64,000 nt of DNA from an uncultured Alphaproteobacteria bacterium (GTDB lineage: Bacteria > Pseudomonadota > Alphaproteobacteria > CACIAM-22H2): the NCBI GenBank assembly GCA_963748455.1, contig CAVVJD010000021.1:398906-462905 (forward strand), given 5' to 3'. Shown piece by piece: positions 1-8,381 of this stretch. The notes beneath the pieces are model-generated. The model worked only from the letters and a program-made list of their open reading frames with translations. It was not told the DNA's origin and ran no database searches. A program made the translations under genes and the position numbers. Position 1 is the first letter of the stretch. Each line of letters begins with the position of its first letter.

Positions 1-1432
1 TTTCGCCCTTTCTCGAGATGACCGAGATCCAAACGCGGCTGCTGGCCGAGAAGGGTCCGGCGGTGCTGTTCGAGAACGTCGTGCATCCGGACGGCGGCGC
101 GCCGAGATGCCCGTGCTGGTCAATCTGTTCGGCACGGTCGAGCGCGTGGCCTGGGGCATGGACCGCGAGCCCGGGCAGTTGCGCGAGATCGGCGAGACCC
201 TCGCCTTCCTGCGCCAGCCCGAGCCGCCCGGCGGCTGGCGCGAGGCGCTGGAGCTGCTGCCGCTCGCCAAGAGCGTCATGTCCATGAAGCCCAAGACGCT
301 GGGTAGTGCGCCGTGCCAGGAAATCGTGCTGCAGGGCGCGGACATCGATCTTGCACGTCTGCCGATCCAGACCTGCTGGCCGGGCGAGCCCGCACCGCTG
401 ATCACTTGGCCGTTGATCGTGACGAAGGGGCCGAGCCAGAAGCGCGAAGACGATTTCAATCTCGGCATCTATCGCCTGCAGGTGACGGGGCGCAACACCA
501 CGCTGATGCGCTGGCTCAAGCATCGCGGCGGGGCGCAGCATCATGCGCGCTGGGCCAAGGAGAAGCGCGAGCCGCTGCCGGTGGCCGCGGTGATCGGTGC
601 TGATCCCGGCACGATCCTCGCCGCTGTGACGCCGGTACCCGACACGCTCTCCGAATACCAGTTCGCGGGATTGTTGCGCGGCAAGCGCGTCGAGCTGGTC
701 GATTGCAAGACCGTGCCGCTGAAGGTGCCGGCCGAAGCCGAGATCGTGCTCGAAGGCCATGTCAGCCTCGACGAATACGGCGACGAGGGCCCGTATGGCG
801 ATCACACCGGCTATTACAATTCGGTCGAGAAATTCCCGGTGTTCACGATCAGCGCCATCACGATGCGGCGCGATCCGATCTATCTCTCGACCTTCACCGG
901 CCGGCCGCCCGACGAGCCCTCGGTGCTAGGCGAGGCGTTGAACGAAGTGTTCATTCCGCTGCTGCGCCAGCAATTCCCGGAGATCGTCGATTTCTGGCTG
1001 CCGCCGGAAGGCTGCTCGTATCGCATCGCCGTGGTGTCGATGAAGAAGGCGTACCCAGGCCACGCCAAGCGCGTGATGATGGGCGTGTGGTCGTACTTGC
1101 GCCAGTTCATGTACACGAAATGGGTGATCGTGGTGGACGACGACATCGACGCGCGCGACTGGAAGGAGGTGATGTGGGCGCTCTCGACCCGCATGGACCC
1201 GGCGCGCGACATCACGCTGGTCGAGGGCACGCCGATCGACTATCTCGACTTCGCCTCGCCGGAATCCGGCCTCGGCTCCAAGATCGGCCTCGACGCCACC
1301 AACAAATGGCCGCCGGAAACGAAGCGCGAATGGGGCACCAAGATCCGCATGAACGATGAGATCGTGCAGACGGTCACCGAGAAATGGTCGCAGCTGGGGC
1401 TGCCGGGCAGCGGCAAGCCGATCTGGAAATAA
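1..1432 (+). pseudogene. ubiD: UbiD-family decarboxylase (4-hydroxy-3-polyprenylbenzoate decarboxylase); 5' end outside window, one -1 frameshift as read
   Basis: Frame open from nt 3 ([26 protein letters not shown]) plus ORF 107..1432 ([10 protein letters not shown]...[11 protein letters not shown]...GRPPDEP...GLDATNKWP) are collinear with UbiD. The two frames differ by one missing base around nt 100-106. Stop TAA at 1430-1432. Confidence 0.88.
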
Positions 1433-1450
1433 GAGGCGTGCACTCACTAA

Positions 1451-1626
1451 CCCTCTCCGCCCACGAAGTGGGGGGAGAGGGTCCGAGCGCAGCGAGGGGG
1501 TGAGGTGGGTGCCTCCGCTGCGAGCTGTTTAACTTCGTATATGCGGCGCGACCACCTCACCCTTCCCGCCTTCGCTACGCTACGGCGGGCCCCTTCCCTC
1601 TCCCCCGCTTCGCGGCGGAGAGGGAG
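1451..1626. repeat. Nested-palindrome intergenic mosaic element, copy 1 (inverted relative to copies 2 and 4)
   Basis: Hairpin CCCTCTCCGCCC..GGGGGGAGAGGG, then GGTGAGGTGG ... CCACCTCACC arms, then CCCTCTCCCCCGCTTCGCGGCGGAGAGGGAG. The same modules recur at 14879, 22547, 38474 and 60362. Confidence 0.85.
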
Positions 1627-1658
1627 AAAAGCGCGCCGCTTCGCGCCTGTTAAATCTC

Positions 1659-1664
1659 TATAAT
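1659..1664 (+). promoter_or_regulatory. Candidate -10 box (TATAAT) only 8 nt upstream of the hydroxylase ATG; possible leaderless transcript
   Basis: Perfect TATAAT at 1659-1664; ATG at 1673; no purine-rich SD in the 8 intervening nt (ctgtatca). No strong -35 seen. Confidence 0.3.
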
Positions 1665-1672
1665 CTGTATCA

Positions 1673-2486
1673 ATGGAACCCTGGATCACCCAACACGAGC
1701 CTGCCCTACGCCTTGGCGCGTTCTTCGGGCTGCTGATAGTCCTCGCGATCGCAGAGACGCTGGCACCGCGCCGGCCATTGCGCGGCGCGCGCGGGTTTCG
1801 CTGGCTCCATAATCTGCTGCTGGTCGCCGTGGACACCGCCGTGCTGCGCTTCGGTTTTCCGGTGCTGGCGGTTGCGTTCGCGGGCGTGGCGCGGTCGATG
1901 AGCTGGGGTGTGTTCAATCAGGTCGACGTGCCGTATTGGGTTGCGGTCGTCGTGTCGTTTCTGGCCCTCGATTTCGTCATCTACATCCAGCACCGGATGT
2001 TCCATGCCGTGCCGCTGCTGTGGCGGCTGCACCGCGTGCACCATGCCGATATCGATATCGATGCCTCAACGGGCGTGCGCTTCCATCCGGTGGAGATCGC
2101 GCTCTCCATGTTGATCAAATTCGCGGCGATCGCAGCGCTCGGCGCGCCGGCGCTGGCGGTGGTGCTTGTTCGAGATCGTGCTCAACGCCACGTCCATGTT
2201 CAGCCATGCCAATTGGCGCCTGCCGCTCGGCCTCGACCGCGTGCTGCGGCTGTTCGTGGTGACGCCGGACATGCATCGCGTGCATCATTCGGTGCTGCGT
2301 CCTGAGACCGACAGCAATTTCGGCTTCAATTTCCCGTGGTGGGACCGGCTGTGCGGCAGCTATCGCAGCCAGCCGCAAGCCGGCCATGACGCCATGACCA
2401 TCGGCCTGCCGCCCTATCAGGCCGTCACCCGCCAGGACCTATGGTGGATGTTGGTCCTGCCGCTGCGCGGCTCCGCGCGGGGATAG
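1673..2486 (+). pseudogene. Sterol desaturase / fatty acid hydroxylase family membrane protein, +1 frameshift as read
   Basis: ORF 1673..2305 carries histidine boxes HRMFH and HRVHH. ORF 2166..2486 continues with FEIVLNATSMFSHANW...HRVHH...NFGFNFPWWDRL. The junction gtggtgcttgttcgag reads through if one base near 2167 is removed. Confidence 0.8.
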
Positions 2487-2542
2487 TAACGGCGGGGCCG
2501 GCCCCCTATATTCCCGGGACCCTCCATCATTTCCCGAGTGCC

Positions 2543-3886
2543 ATGCCAGCCCCATCCGATCGTTTGACTCTGCTGACCGACCTCCTCGCCAAGGCCAAGC
2601 GCGCCGGTGCCGACGCGGCCGATGCCGTGCTGGTCGAGGGCGCCTCGCTCTCGCACGCACGCCGGCTGGGCAAGCTCGAAAAGCTCGAGCGCGCCGAAGG
2701 CAAGGATCTCGGCCTGCGGGTGTTCGTGGGCAAGCGCCAGGCGATCGTCTCGTCCTCGGACCGCTCGGCGGCGGCGCTCGACGAGCTGGTCGCGCGCGCG
2801 GTGGCGATGGCCAAGGTGGCGCCGGAAGATCCGTTCTGCGGCCTTGCCGACAAGGGCGAGCTTGCCAATTCCGTGCCTGAGCTCGATCTCAACGATCCGA
2901 GCGAGCCCGCGCCCGAACGGCTGGTGGAGCTGGCCCGCGCCGCCGAGGAAACGGCGCTGGCGGTCAAGGGCATCACCAATTCCGAAGGGGCCGAGGCCGG
3001 CTGGGGCCGCACCGAAGTGGCGCTCGCCGCCACCAACGGGTTTGCCGCGTCCTATGCGCGCTCCTCGCATAGCGTGAGCGTCGCGGTCATTGCCGGCGAA
3101 GGGACGGCGATGGAGCGCGATTACGATTATTCCTCGACGGTGCATGGCGGCGATCTCGAATCGCCCGAGGAAATCGGCAAACGCGCCGCGGCGCGCGCCC
3201 TCAAGCGCCTCAACCCGCGCAAAATCGAGACCACGAAAGTGCCGGTCGTCTACGACACGCGCGTCTCGGGCGGAATCCTGCGCCACCTTGCCGGCGCCAT
3301 CAACGGCACGGCGATCGCGCGCGGCACCAGCTTCCTCAAGTCGAAGCTGAACGAGGCGGTGTTCGCATCGGGCATCACCATCATCGATGACCCTTTCCGT
3401 AAACGTGGCCTCAACTCCAAGCCGGTCGATGGCGAGGGGCTCGCACCCCAGCGCCGCGCGATCATCGACAAGGGCGTGCTGACGACCTGGATCCTCGATC
3501 TGCGCTCGGCGCGCCAGCTCAAGCTCAAGAGCACGGGCCACGCCTCGCGCGGGACCACCTCGCCGCCGGGGCCGTCGGTCACCAATCTCTATATGGAGAA
3601 GGGCAAGATTTCGCGCGCAGACCTGCTGCGCGGCATCGGCAAAGGGTTGTTCGTCACCGAATTCATCGGCATGGGCGTCAACAACGTCACCGGCGATTAC
3701 AGCCGCGGGGCCGCGGGATTCTGGATCGAGAACGGCGAGCTCACCTTTCCGGTGAGCGAGATCACGGTCGCGGGCAATCTCATCGAGATGTTCAAGAACG
3801 TGACGGCGGCGGACGATCTCGAGTTCCGCTATGGCGTCGATGCACCGACGCTGCGTGTGGACGGGATGACGATCGCGGGGTTGTGA
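2543..3886 (+). CDS. pmbA: TldD/PmbA family metalloprotease
   Basis: ORF 2441..3886; internal ATG at 2543 (MPAPSDRLTLLTDLLAKAKRAGADAADAVL...) gives a typical PmbA N-terminus. C-terminal ...NVTGDYSRGAAGFWIENGELTFPVSEITVAGNL is typical of the family. Confidence 0.85.
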   Translation: MPAPSDRLTLLTDLLAKAKRAGADAADAVLVEGASLSHARRLGKLEKLERAEGKDLGLRVFVGKRQAIVSSSDRSAAALDELVARAVAMAKVAPEDPFCGLADKGELANSVPELDLNDPSEPAPERLVELARAAEETALAVKGITNSEGAEAGWGRTEVALAATNGFAASYARSSHSVSVAVIAGEGTAMERDYDYSSTVHGGDLESPEEIGKRAAARALKRLNPRKIETTKVPVVYDTRVSGGILRHLAGAINGTAIARGTSFLKSKLNEAVFASGITIIDDPFRKRGLNSKPVDGEGLAPQRRAIIDKGVLTTWILDLRSARQLKLKSTGHASRGTTSPPGPSVTNLYMEKGKISRADLLRGIGKGLFVTEFIGMGVNNVTGDYSRGAAGFWIENGELTFPVSEITVAGNLIEMFKNVTAADDLEFRYGVDAPTLRVDGMTIAGL

Positions 3887-3902
3887 CGATCGCGCAGGCC
3901 AC

Positions 3903-3988
3903 ATCCTTCGACAAGCTCAGGATGAGGCTTTTCTAAATATGAGGTTTTTCTACAGAAATCCTCACCCTGAGCTTGTCGAAGGGTGAGG
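3903..3988. repeat. Inverted-repeat element (CCTTCGACAAGCTCAGGATGAGG / CCTCACCCTGAGCTTGTCGAAGGGTGAGG)
   Basis: Two arms are reverse complements of each other. A half copy recurs at 54331-54357. Confidence 0.8.
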
Positions 3989-4016
3989 ACGTCGCGCGGT
4001 CTCAAATCAAAGATTG

Positions 4017-4102
4017 TCATGCGCGGGCTTGACCCGCGCACCCATGAGCGATTTCGAAGTTGAGACGGTGTATGGGCCCGCGGGTCAAGCCCGCGGGTGA
4101 CA
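4017..4102. repeat. Inverted-repeat element (TCATGCGCGGGCTTGACCCGCGCA ... CGCGGGTCAAGCCCGCGGGTGACA)
   Basis: Near-identical second copy at 14170-14242. Confidence 0.85.
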
Positions 4103-4126
4103 GAATTTTTTGATGGTGCGATTGCG

Positions 4127-5050
4127 TTACGCCGGCATCACTACCAGCAGGCACTTCTCCACGACCTCCATCTCCACCGGCAGGTGGGCGATGATGTCGC
4201 CGTCGCTCTGCACCGGTTCGCCATTGGGTCCGACGATGCGCACGCGTCGGCCGGGGACGACGATCACGTCTGACAGGCGATGCAGCCGGTTGAGTGCCAG
4301 GCCCACGGCATAGCGCAGCACGTTCCAGCGGCCGGGGCGGGTGAACAGGCAGACCTGGAATTGCGGATCGTCGAGGCGCGCCGCGGGCGAACAGATATAG
4401 CGCCCCGCATAGAAATGGCCTTTGGCGACAATCGCCGATGCGGCGCGATAACGCCGCCCGTCAATCTCGATGTCGTAGAGTGTCGGCTTCTGATGCGTGA
4501 GCTGAATCAGCCCGGCCAACACGTACGCGAATTTGCCGGTGCGCCGCTTGATCGCGAGATCGACATGCGTGACCGCCAGCGCATCGAAGCCCACACCCGC
4601 CATCATCGCAAATCTGCGGCCATTGGCGCGGCCGAGGAAAACCGATCGCGGCGTCGCGTGCAGAATGGCCTGCGCGACATCCGCGGGCCGTGTCGACAAG
4701 CCGATTTCCGCCGCCAGAACGTTGGCCGTGCCCAGCGGGATGATCGCCAGCGGCAGATCGGGATCGCTCAGGCCGTTGATCACCTCGTTGATCGTGCCAT
4801 CGCCGCCCGCGGCGACGAGGCGATCGCACGTCATGCGCGACGCTTCGCGCGCAAACGCTTCGGCATCGCCGCGCGCGGTTGTCTCGCGTAGCGTCACGGC
4901 ACAACCCGCATGTGTGAGCGCCGAGAGCACAGCCGCGAGGCGGCGGCGCCGGCGTCGACCGGATGTCGGGTTGAAAATCACCGTCACACGCGGCGCGGCG
5001 ATAACGGCCGGCGCTGTATGCGCCCGCTGGCGCTGATCCATAGATGACAT
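4127..5050 (-). CDS. Diacylglycerol-kinase-catalytic-domain lipid kinase (YegS/BmrU family)
   Basis: ORF 4127..5212; ATG at 5050 (MSSMDQRQRAH...VTVIFNPTSGRRR...LVAAGGDGTINEVINGL...IIPLGTANVLA), which are the hallmark DAGK_cat motifs. Confidence 0.8.
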   Translation of the reverse strand: MSSMDQRQRAHTAPAVIAAPRVTVIFNPTSGRRRRRRLAAVLSALTHAGCAVTLRETTARGDAEAFAREASRMTCDRLVAAGGDGTINEVINGLSDPDLPLAIIPLGTANVLAAEIGLSTRPADVAQAILHATPRSVFLGRANGRRFAMMAGVGFDALAVTHVDLAIKRRTGKFAYVLAGLIQLTHQKPTLYDIEIDGRRYRAASAIVAKGHFYAGRYICSPAARLDDPQFQVCLFTRPGRWNVLRYAVGLALNRLHRLSDVIVVPGRRVRIVGPNGEPVQSDGDIIAHLPVEMEVVEKCLLVVMPA

Positions 5051-5096
5051 TCTGATGATACTTGGATGAATCTTGAATGATATTAGCGCAGACCCC

Positions 5097-5116
5097 TGTG
5101 GATACTTTGTGGATAA
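5097..5116 (+). promoter_or_regulatory. Two tandem DnaA-box-like 9-mers in a divergent promoter region
   Basis: TGTGGATAC (5097-5105) and TGTGGATAA (5108-5116). The second is the exact reverse complement of the TTATCCACA consensus. Same orientation, 11 bp centre to centre. Confidence 0.45.
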
Positions 5117-5178
5117 CACGGCTTGTCTTATAAACACCAGCGCGTTCACACGCGAACTCGGGGGCAAAAATTTTCGGC

Positions 5179-5994
5179 ATGCGTCTACCCGACGGCCTGG
5201 ACCGGGACCCACGACCGGGCGAAACCGCCGAGCATCGCTACCGTGCGATCTGGCTCTCCGACATCCATCTCGGCACGCGCGGCTGCAAGGCCGAGTTCCT
5301 GCTGGATTTTCTCAAGCACACCGAGTCCGATTATCTCTACCTGGTCGGCGATATCGTCGACGGCTGGCGGATGCGCAAATCCTGGTACTGGCCGCAGAGC
5401 CATAACGACGTGGTGCAGAAGCTTCTGCGCAAGGCGCGCAAGGGAACGCGCGTCACCTACGTGCCGGGCAACCACGACGAGGCGCTGCGCGAGTACCTCG
5501 ACATGCATTTCGGCGGCGTGCACGTGGTCGGCGAGACCATGCACTCCACCGCCGACGGCAAGCGGCTGCTGATCATTCACGGCGACGATTTCGACGGCGT
5601 GGTGCGCTACGCCAAATGGCTCGCCTTCCTGGGCGATCGCGCCTATGGCGCGGCCCTCATCCTCAATCACTGGTTCAACAAGGCGCGGCTCAAACTGGGC
5701 TATCCGTACTGGTCGCTGTCGGCCTTTCTCAAGAACAAGGTCAAGAACGCGGTCAGCTATGTGAGCGAGTTCGAGCACGCGGTGGCGGCGGAAGCCAAGC
5801 GGCGCGGTGCGGACGGCGTGGTGTGCGGACACATCCACAAGGCCGAGATCCGCGATATCGACGGCATTCTCTACTGCAACGACGGCGACTGGGTCGAAAG
5901 CTGCACGGCCCTGGTCGAGGATTTCGACGGCCAATTGTCGATCGTGCACTGGGCCGAGGTGCGGCATTTCGACATGATGGAGGCCCACGCATGA
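5179..5994 (+). CDS. LpxH-like metallophosphoesterase (UDP-2,3-diacylglucosamine diphosphatase family)
   Basis: YRAIWLSDIHLGTRGC...YLVGDIVDGW...YVPGNHDE...IIHGDDFDGVV...CGHIH, the calcineurin-like phosphoesterase motifs in LpxH order. Confidence 0.75.
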   Translation: MRLPDGLDRDPRPGETAEHRYRAIWLSDIHLGTRGCKAEFLLDFLKHTESDYLYLVGDIVDGWRMRKSWYWPQSHNDVVQKLLRKARKGTRVTYVPGNHDEALREYLDMHFGGVHVVGETMHSTADGKRLLIIHGDDFDGVVRYAKWLAFLGDRAYGAALILNHWFNKARLKLGYPYWSLSAFLKNKVKNAVSYVSEFEHAVAAEAKRRGADGVVCGHIHKAEIRDIDGILYCNDGDWVESCTALVEDFDGQLSIVHWAEVRHFDMMEAHA

Positions 5995-7055
5995 ACGCGG
6001 CACGATCTCAATCGGCTCTCGATCTGCGCCAACCCGTTTCAGCCACCTCGCCGATGCGCATCGCCATCGTGACCGATGCCTGGTCGCCGCAGGTGAACGG
6101 CGTGGTGCGCACCCTCACCGAAACACGGCGAGAACTACAGGTGCTGGGCCATGACGTGATGATGATCACGCCCGAGCGCTTCCGCACGCTGCCCTGCCCC
6201 ACCTATCCGGAGATCCGGCTCTCCCTCACCACCGGCCGTGCCGTGGGAAAGCTGATCGACGATTACGCGCCCGATGCGCTGCACATCGCGACCGAAGGCC
6301 CGCTCGGCTGGGCGGCGCGCGGCCATGCGCTCAAGCGCGGCATGCCCTTCACCACCGCCTATCACACGCGCTTTCCCGAATACGTGCATGCGCGCATGCG
6401 CGTGCCGGAAGCCTGGAGCTACGCGGTGCTGCGACGCTTCCATGGCAAGGCGGCGCGGGTGATGGTGCCGACACCGACCGTGCAGCGCGACCTGGAGGCG
6501 CATGGCTTCACGAACGTCGTGCAATGGTCGCGCGGCGTCGATCTTTCGATCTTCCGGCCGGGCAAGCGCGACGGCCTGAGCGATGCGCGACCGATCTTTC
6601 TCTATGTCGGGCGCGTCGCCATCGAGAAGAATGTCGAAGCGTTCCTGAAGCTCGATCTGCCGGGGACGAAATGGGTGGTCGGCGAAGGACCACAGCTCGC
6701 CGATCTCAAAGCGCGCTACCCGCACGCGCGCTATGCCGGCGTGCAGAGCCAGACAGAGCTGGCGCGCTTCTATGCCGCCGCCGACGTGTTCGTCTTTCCG
6801 TCGCGCACCGACACGTTCGGGCTGGTGTTGCTGGAATCTCTGGCCTGCGGCACGCCGGTCGCGGCCTACCCCGTCACCGGGCCGGTCGACGTGATCGGCG
6901 CCTCTGGTTCGGGCGCGCTCGACGAGGACTTACAGCGCGCCTGCATGGCGGCGCTGAGCATCCCGCGCGAGCGCGCACTCGCCCATGCCGCGCAATTCTC
7001 CTGGGCGCAGTGTGCGCGCCAGTTCGCCGCCCATCTGCGCCCGGTGCAGGCCTAG
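5991..7055 (+). CDS. Glycosyltransferase family 4 (GT-B, group 1)
   Basis: ATG at 5991 overlaps the upstream stop (ATGA). MRIAIVTDAWSPQVNGVVRT...; C-terminal ...FVFPSRTDTFGLVLLESLACGTPVAAYP is the typical GT4 EX7E region. Confidence 0.8.
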   Translation: MNAARSQSALDLRQPVSATSPMRIAIVTDAWSPQVNGVVRTLTETRRELQVLGHDVMMITPERFRTLPCPTYPEIRLSLTTGRAVGKLIDDYAPDALHIATEGPLGWAARGHALKRGMPFTTAYHTRFPEYVHARMRVPEAWSYAVLRRFHGKAARVMVPTPTVQRDLEAHGFTNVVQWSRGVDLSIFRPGKRDGLSDARPIFLYVGRVAIEKNVEAFLKLDLPGTKWVVGEGPQLADLKARYPHARYAGVQSQTELARFYAAADVFVFPSRTDTFGLVLLESLACGTPVAAYPVTGPVDVIGASGSGALDEDLQRACMAALSIPRERALAHAAQFSWAQCARQFAAHLRPVQA

Positions 7056-7979
7056 GCACAGGCGTGGATTTCGATCGTCACATGCGAAAGATGCGGCAGA
7101 TCGCCTAAGCGGCGCTTATAGGCATCGGGCGATTGCGGCCGGTCGGCGACGATGGCGACGATCGCCGCATGATGGCCGGGGCCGACGCGCCAGACATGCA
7201 GATCGGCGATGCGATCGCCGCCGGTCTCCAGCCGCCGGCGGATTTCGTCGGTCAGGCTGCGGTCCGGCGCCGCATCCAAAAGCACCGCGCCGGCATCGCG
7301 CATCAGGCCCCAGGACCAGCGCATGATCACCGCCGCGCCGACGATGCCGATCGCCGCGTCGAGCCAGACCCACCCATAGATCCGGCCGGCCACCAGGCCG
7401 AAAATCGCCAGCACCGAAGTGAGCGCGTCGGTGAGGACATGGAGATAGGCGCCGCGCAGATTGTGATCGTGGTGATGGTGGTGGTGCGCATCGTCGGTCG
7501 TGATCATGATGCTCGTGATGCGGGACCCGGCGCAGCAGCCAGGCGCATAGCAGATTGACGGCGAGCCCGGCGACGGCCACGGCGATCGCCTCGTCGAAGG
7601 CGATCGCGACCGGGTCGACGAGACGCTGCAGCGATTCGAAGCCGATCAGGGCGGCGATCAGCGCCAGCGCCACGGCGCTGGCGAAGCCGGCGAGATCGCC
7701 GAGCTTGCCGGTGCCGAAGGCAAAGCGCGGATCGTCGGCATGGCGGCGCGCGTAGCGATAGGCGAAGGCAGCGATGGCGAGGGCGCCGGCATGGGTCGAC
7801 ATGTGCCAGCCATCGGCCAGCAGCGCCATCGAGCCGAAGGCGAGGCCGGCGGCGATTTCCACCACCATGGTCGCGGCCGTTAGAACGACCACAAGCCAGG
7901 TGCGGCGCTCATTGTGGGCGTGATCGCCACCAAGAAAGACATGGTCGTGGCGCCAGGAATCGAGGGACTGGGAATGCAT
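7052..7979 (-). pseudogene. dmeF: Cation diffusion facilitator (DmeF-like Co/Ni efflux), +1 frameshift inside the His-rich loop as read
   Basis: ORF 7116..7979 (MHSQSLDSWRHDHVF...ALLADGWHMSTHAGAL...) plus ORF 7052..7507 (...HHHHHHDHNLRGAYLHVLTDALTSVL...). The junction cacgaccgacgat near 7495 is restored by removing one c. Adjacent to an RcnR/CsoR-family gene. Confidence 0.8.
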
Positions 7980-7999
7980 GGTGGCGCGCTCCCGCCGGT

Positions 8000-8266
8000 T
8001 TAGAGGAATTTGGTGATCTCGCGGAATTCGGCGAGGCGGGCCTGGGCCTCGGGCGGCAGCGGCTGCGTCATGGTGCCGAGATGGTGCGCCAGATGATCGA
8101 GGATCAGCATCTGCTTGGTCTTCTCGATCGCCTTCACCACCGCCTGCATCTGCTGGGCGATGGCCAGGCCCTCGCGCCCCTCCTCCACCATGCGCACGAC
8201 GGTGGCGAGATGCCCCTCGGCGCGACGCAGGCGCTTGAGGATGTCCGGGTTGTTCGCGTGACTCAT
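8000..8266 (-). CDS. dmeR: Metal-sensing transcriptional repressor, CsoR/RcnR/FrmR family (DmeR-like)
   Basis: 88 aa, ...LKRLRRAEGHLATVVRMVEEGREGLAIAQQMQAVVKAIEKTKQMLILDHLAHHL..., the typical DUF156 helix pattern. Immediately upstream of the CDF gene. Confidence 0.8.
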   Translation of the reverse strand: MSHANNPDILKRLRRAEGHLATVVRMVEEGREGLAIAQQMQAVVKAIEKTKQMLILDHLAHHLGTMTQPLPPEAQARLAEFREITKFL

Positions 8267-8271
8267 GGTCT

Positions 8272-8298
8272 TATCCTATCCCCCTGGAGAGGATATAG
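8272..8298. promoter_or_regulatory. Candidate DmeR/RcnR-type operator (C/G tract flanked by TATCC/GGATA inverted repeat)
   Basis: TATCCTATCC-CCCTGGAGA-GGATATAG lies 6-32 nt upstream of the dmeR ATG (8266), in the dmeR/msbA divergent region. Confidence 0.35.
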
Positions 8299-8381
8299 AC
8301 AAGCCCATGGCGCCGCGCGTGTTCTATTGGCGTTCCAGTCCGGCCCCGGCCCATGCTATGGTCCGGCCGGACGCCCCTGCG

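Noticed and set aside
5040-5180. Chromosomal replication origin, because of consensus DnaA boxes in an AT-richer spacer.
   Set aside because: There are only two boxes and about 130 nt of modest AT enrichment. No DNA-unwinding-element-like repeats are present, and the usual alphaproteobacterial origin neighbours (hemE, dnaA, parAB) are absent.
7051-7056. Convergent GT4 and dmeF stop codons overlapping in the palindrome CCTAGG.
   Set aside because: Real but trivial: a 4-nt overlap of convergent ends with no further structure around it.
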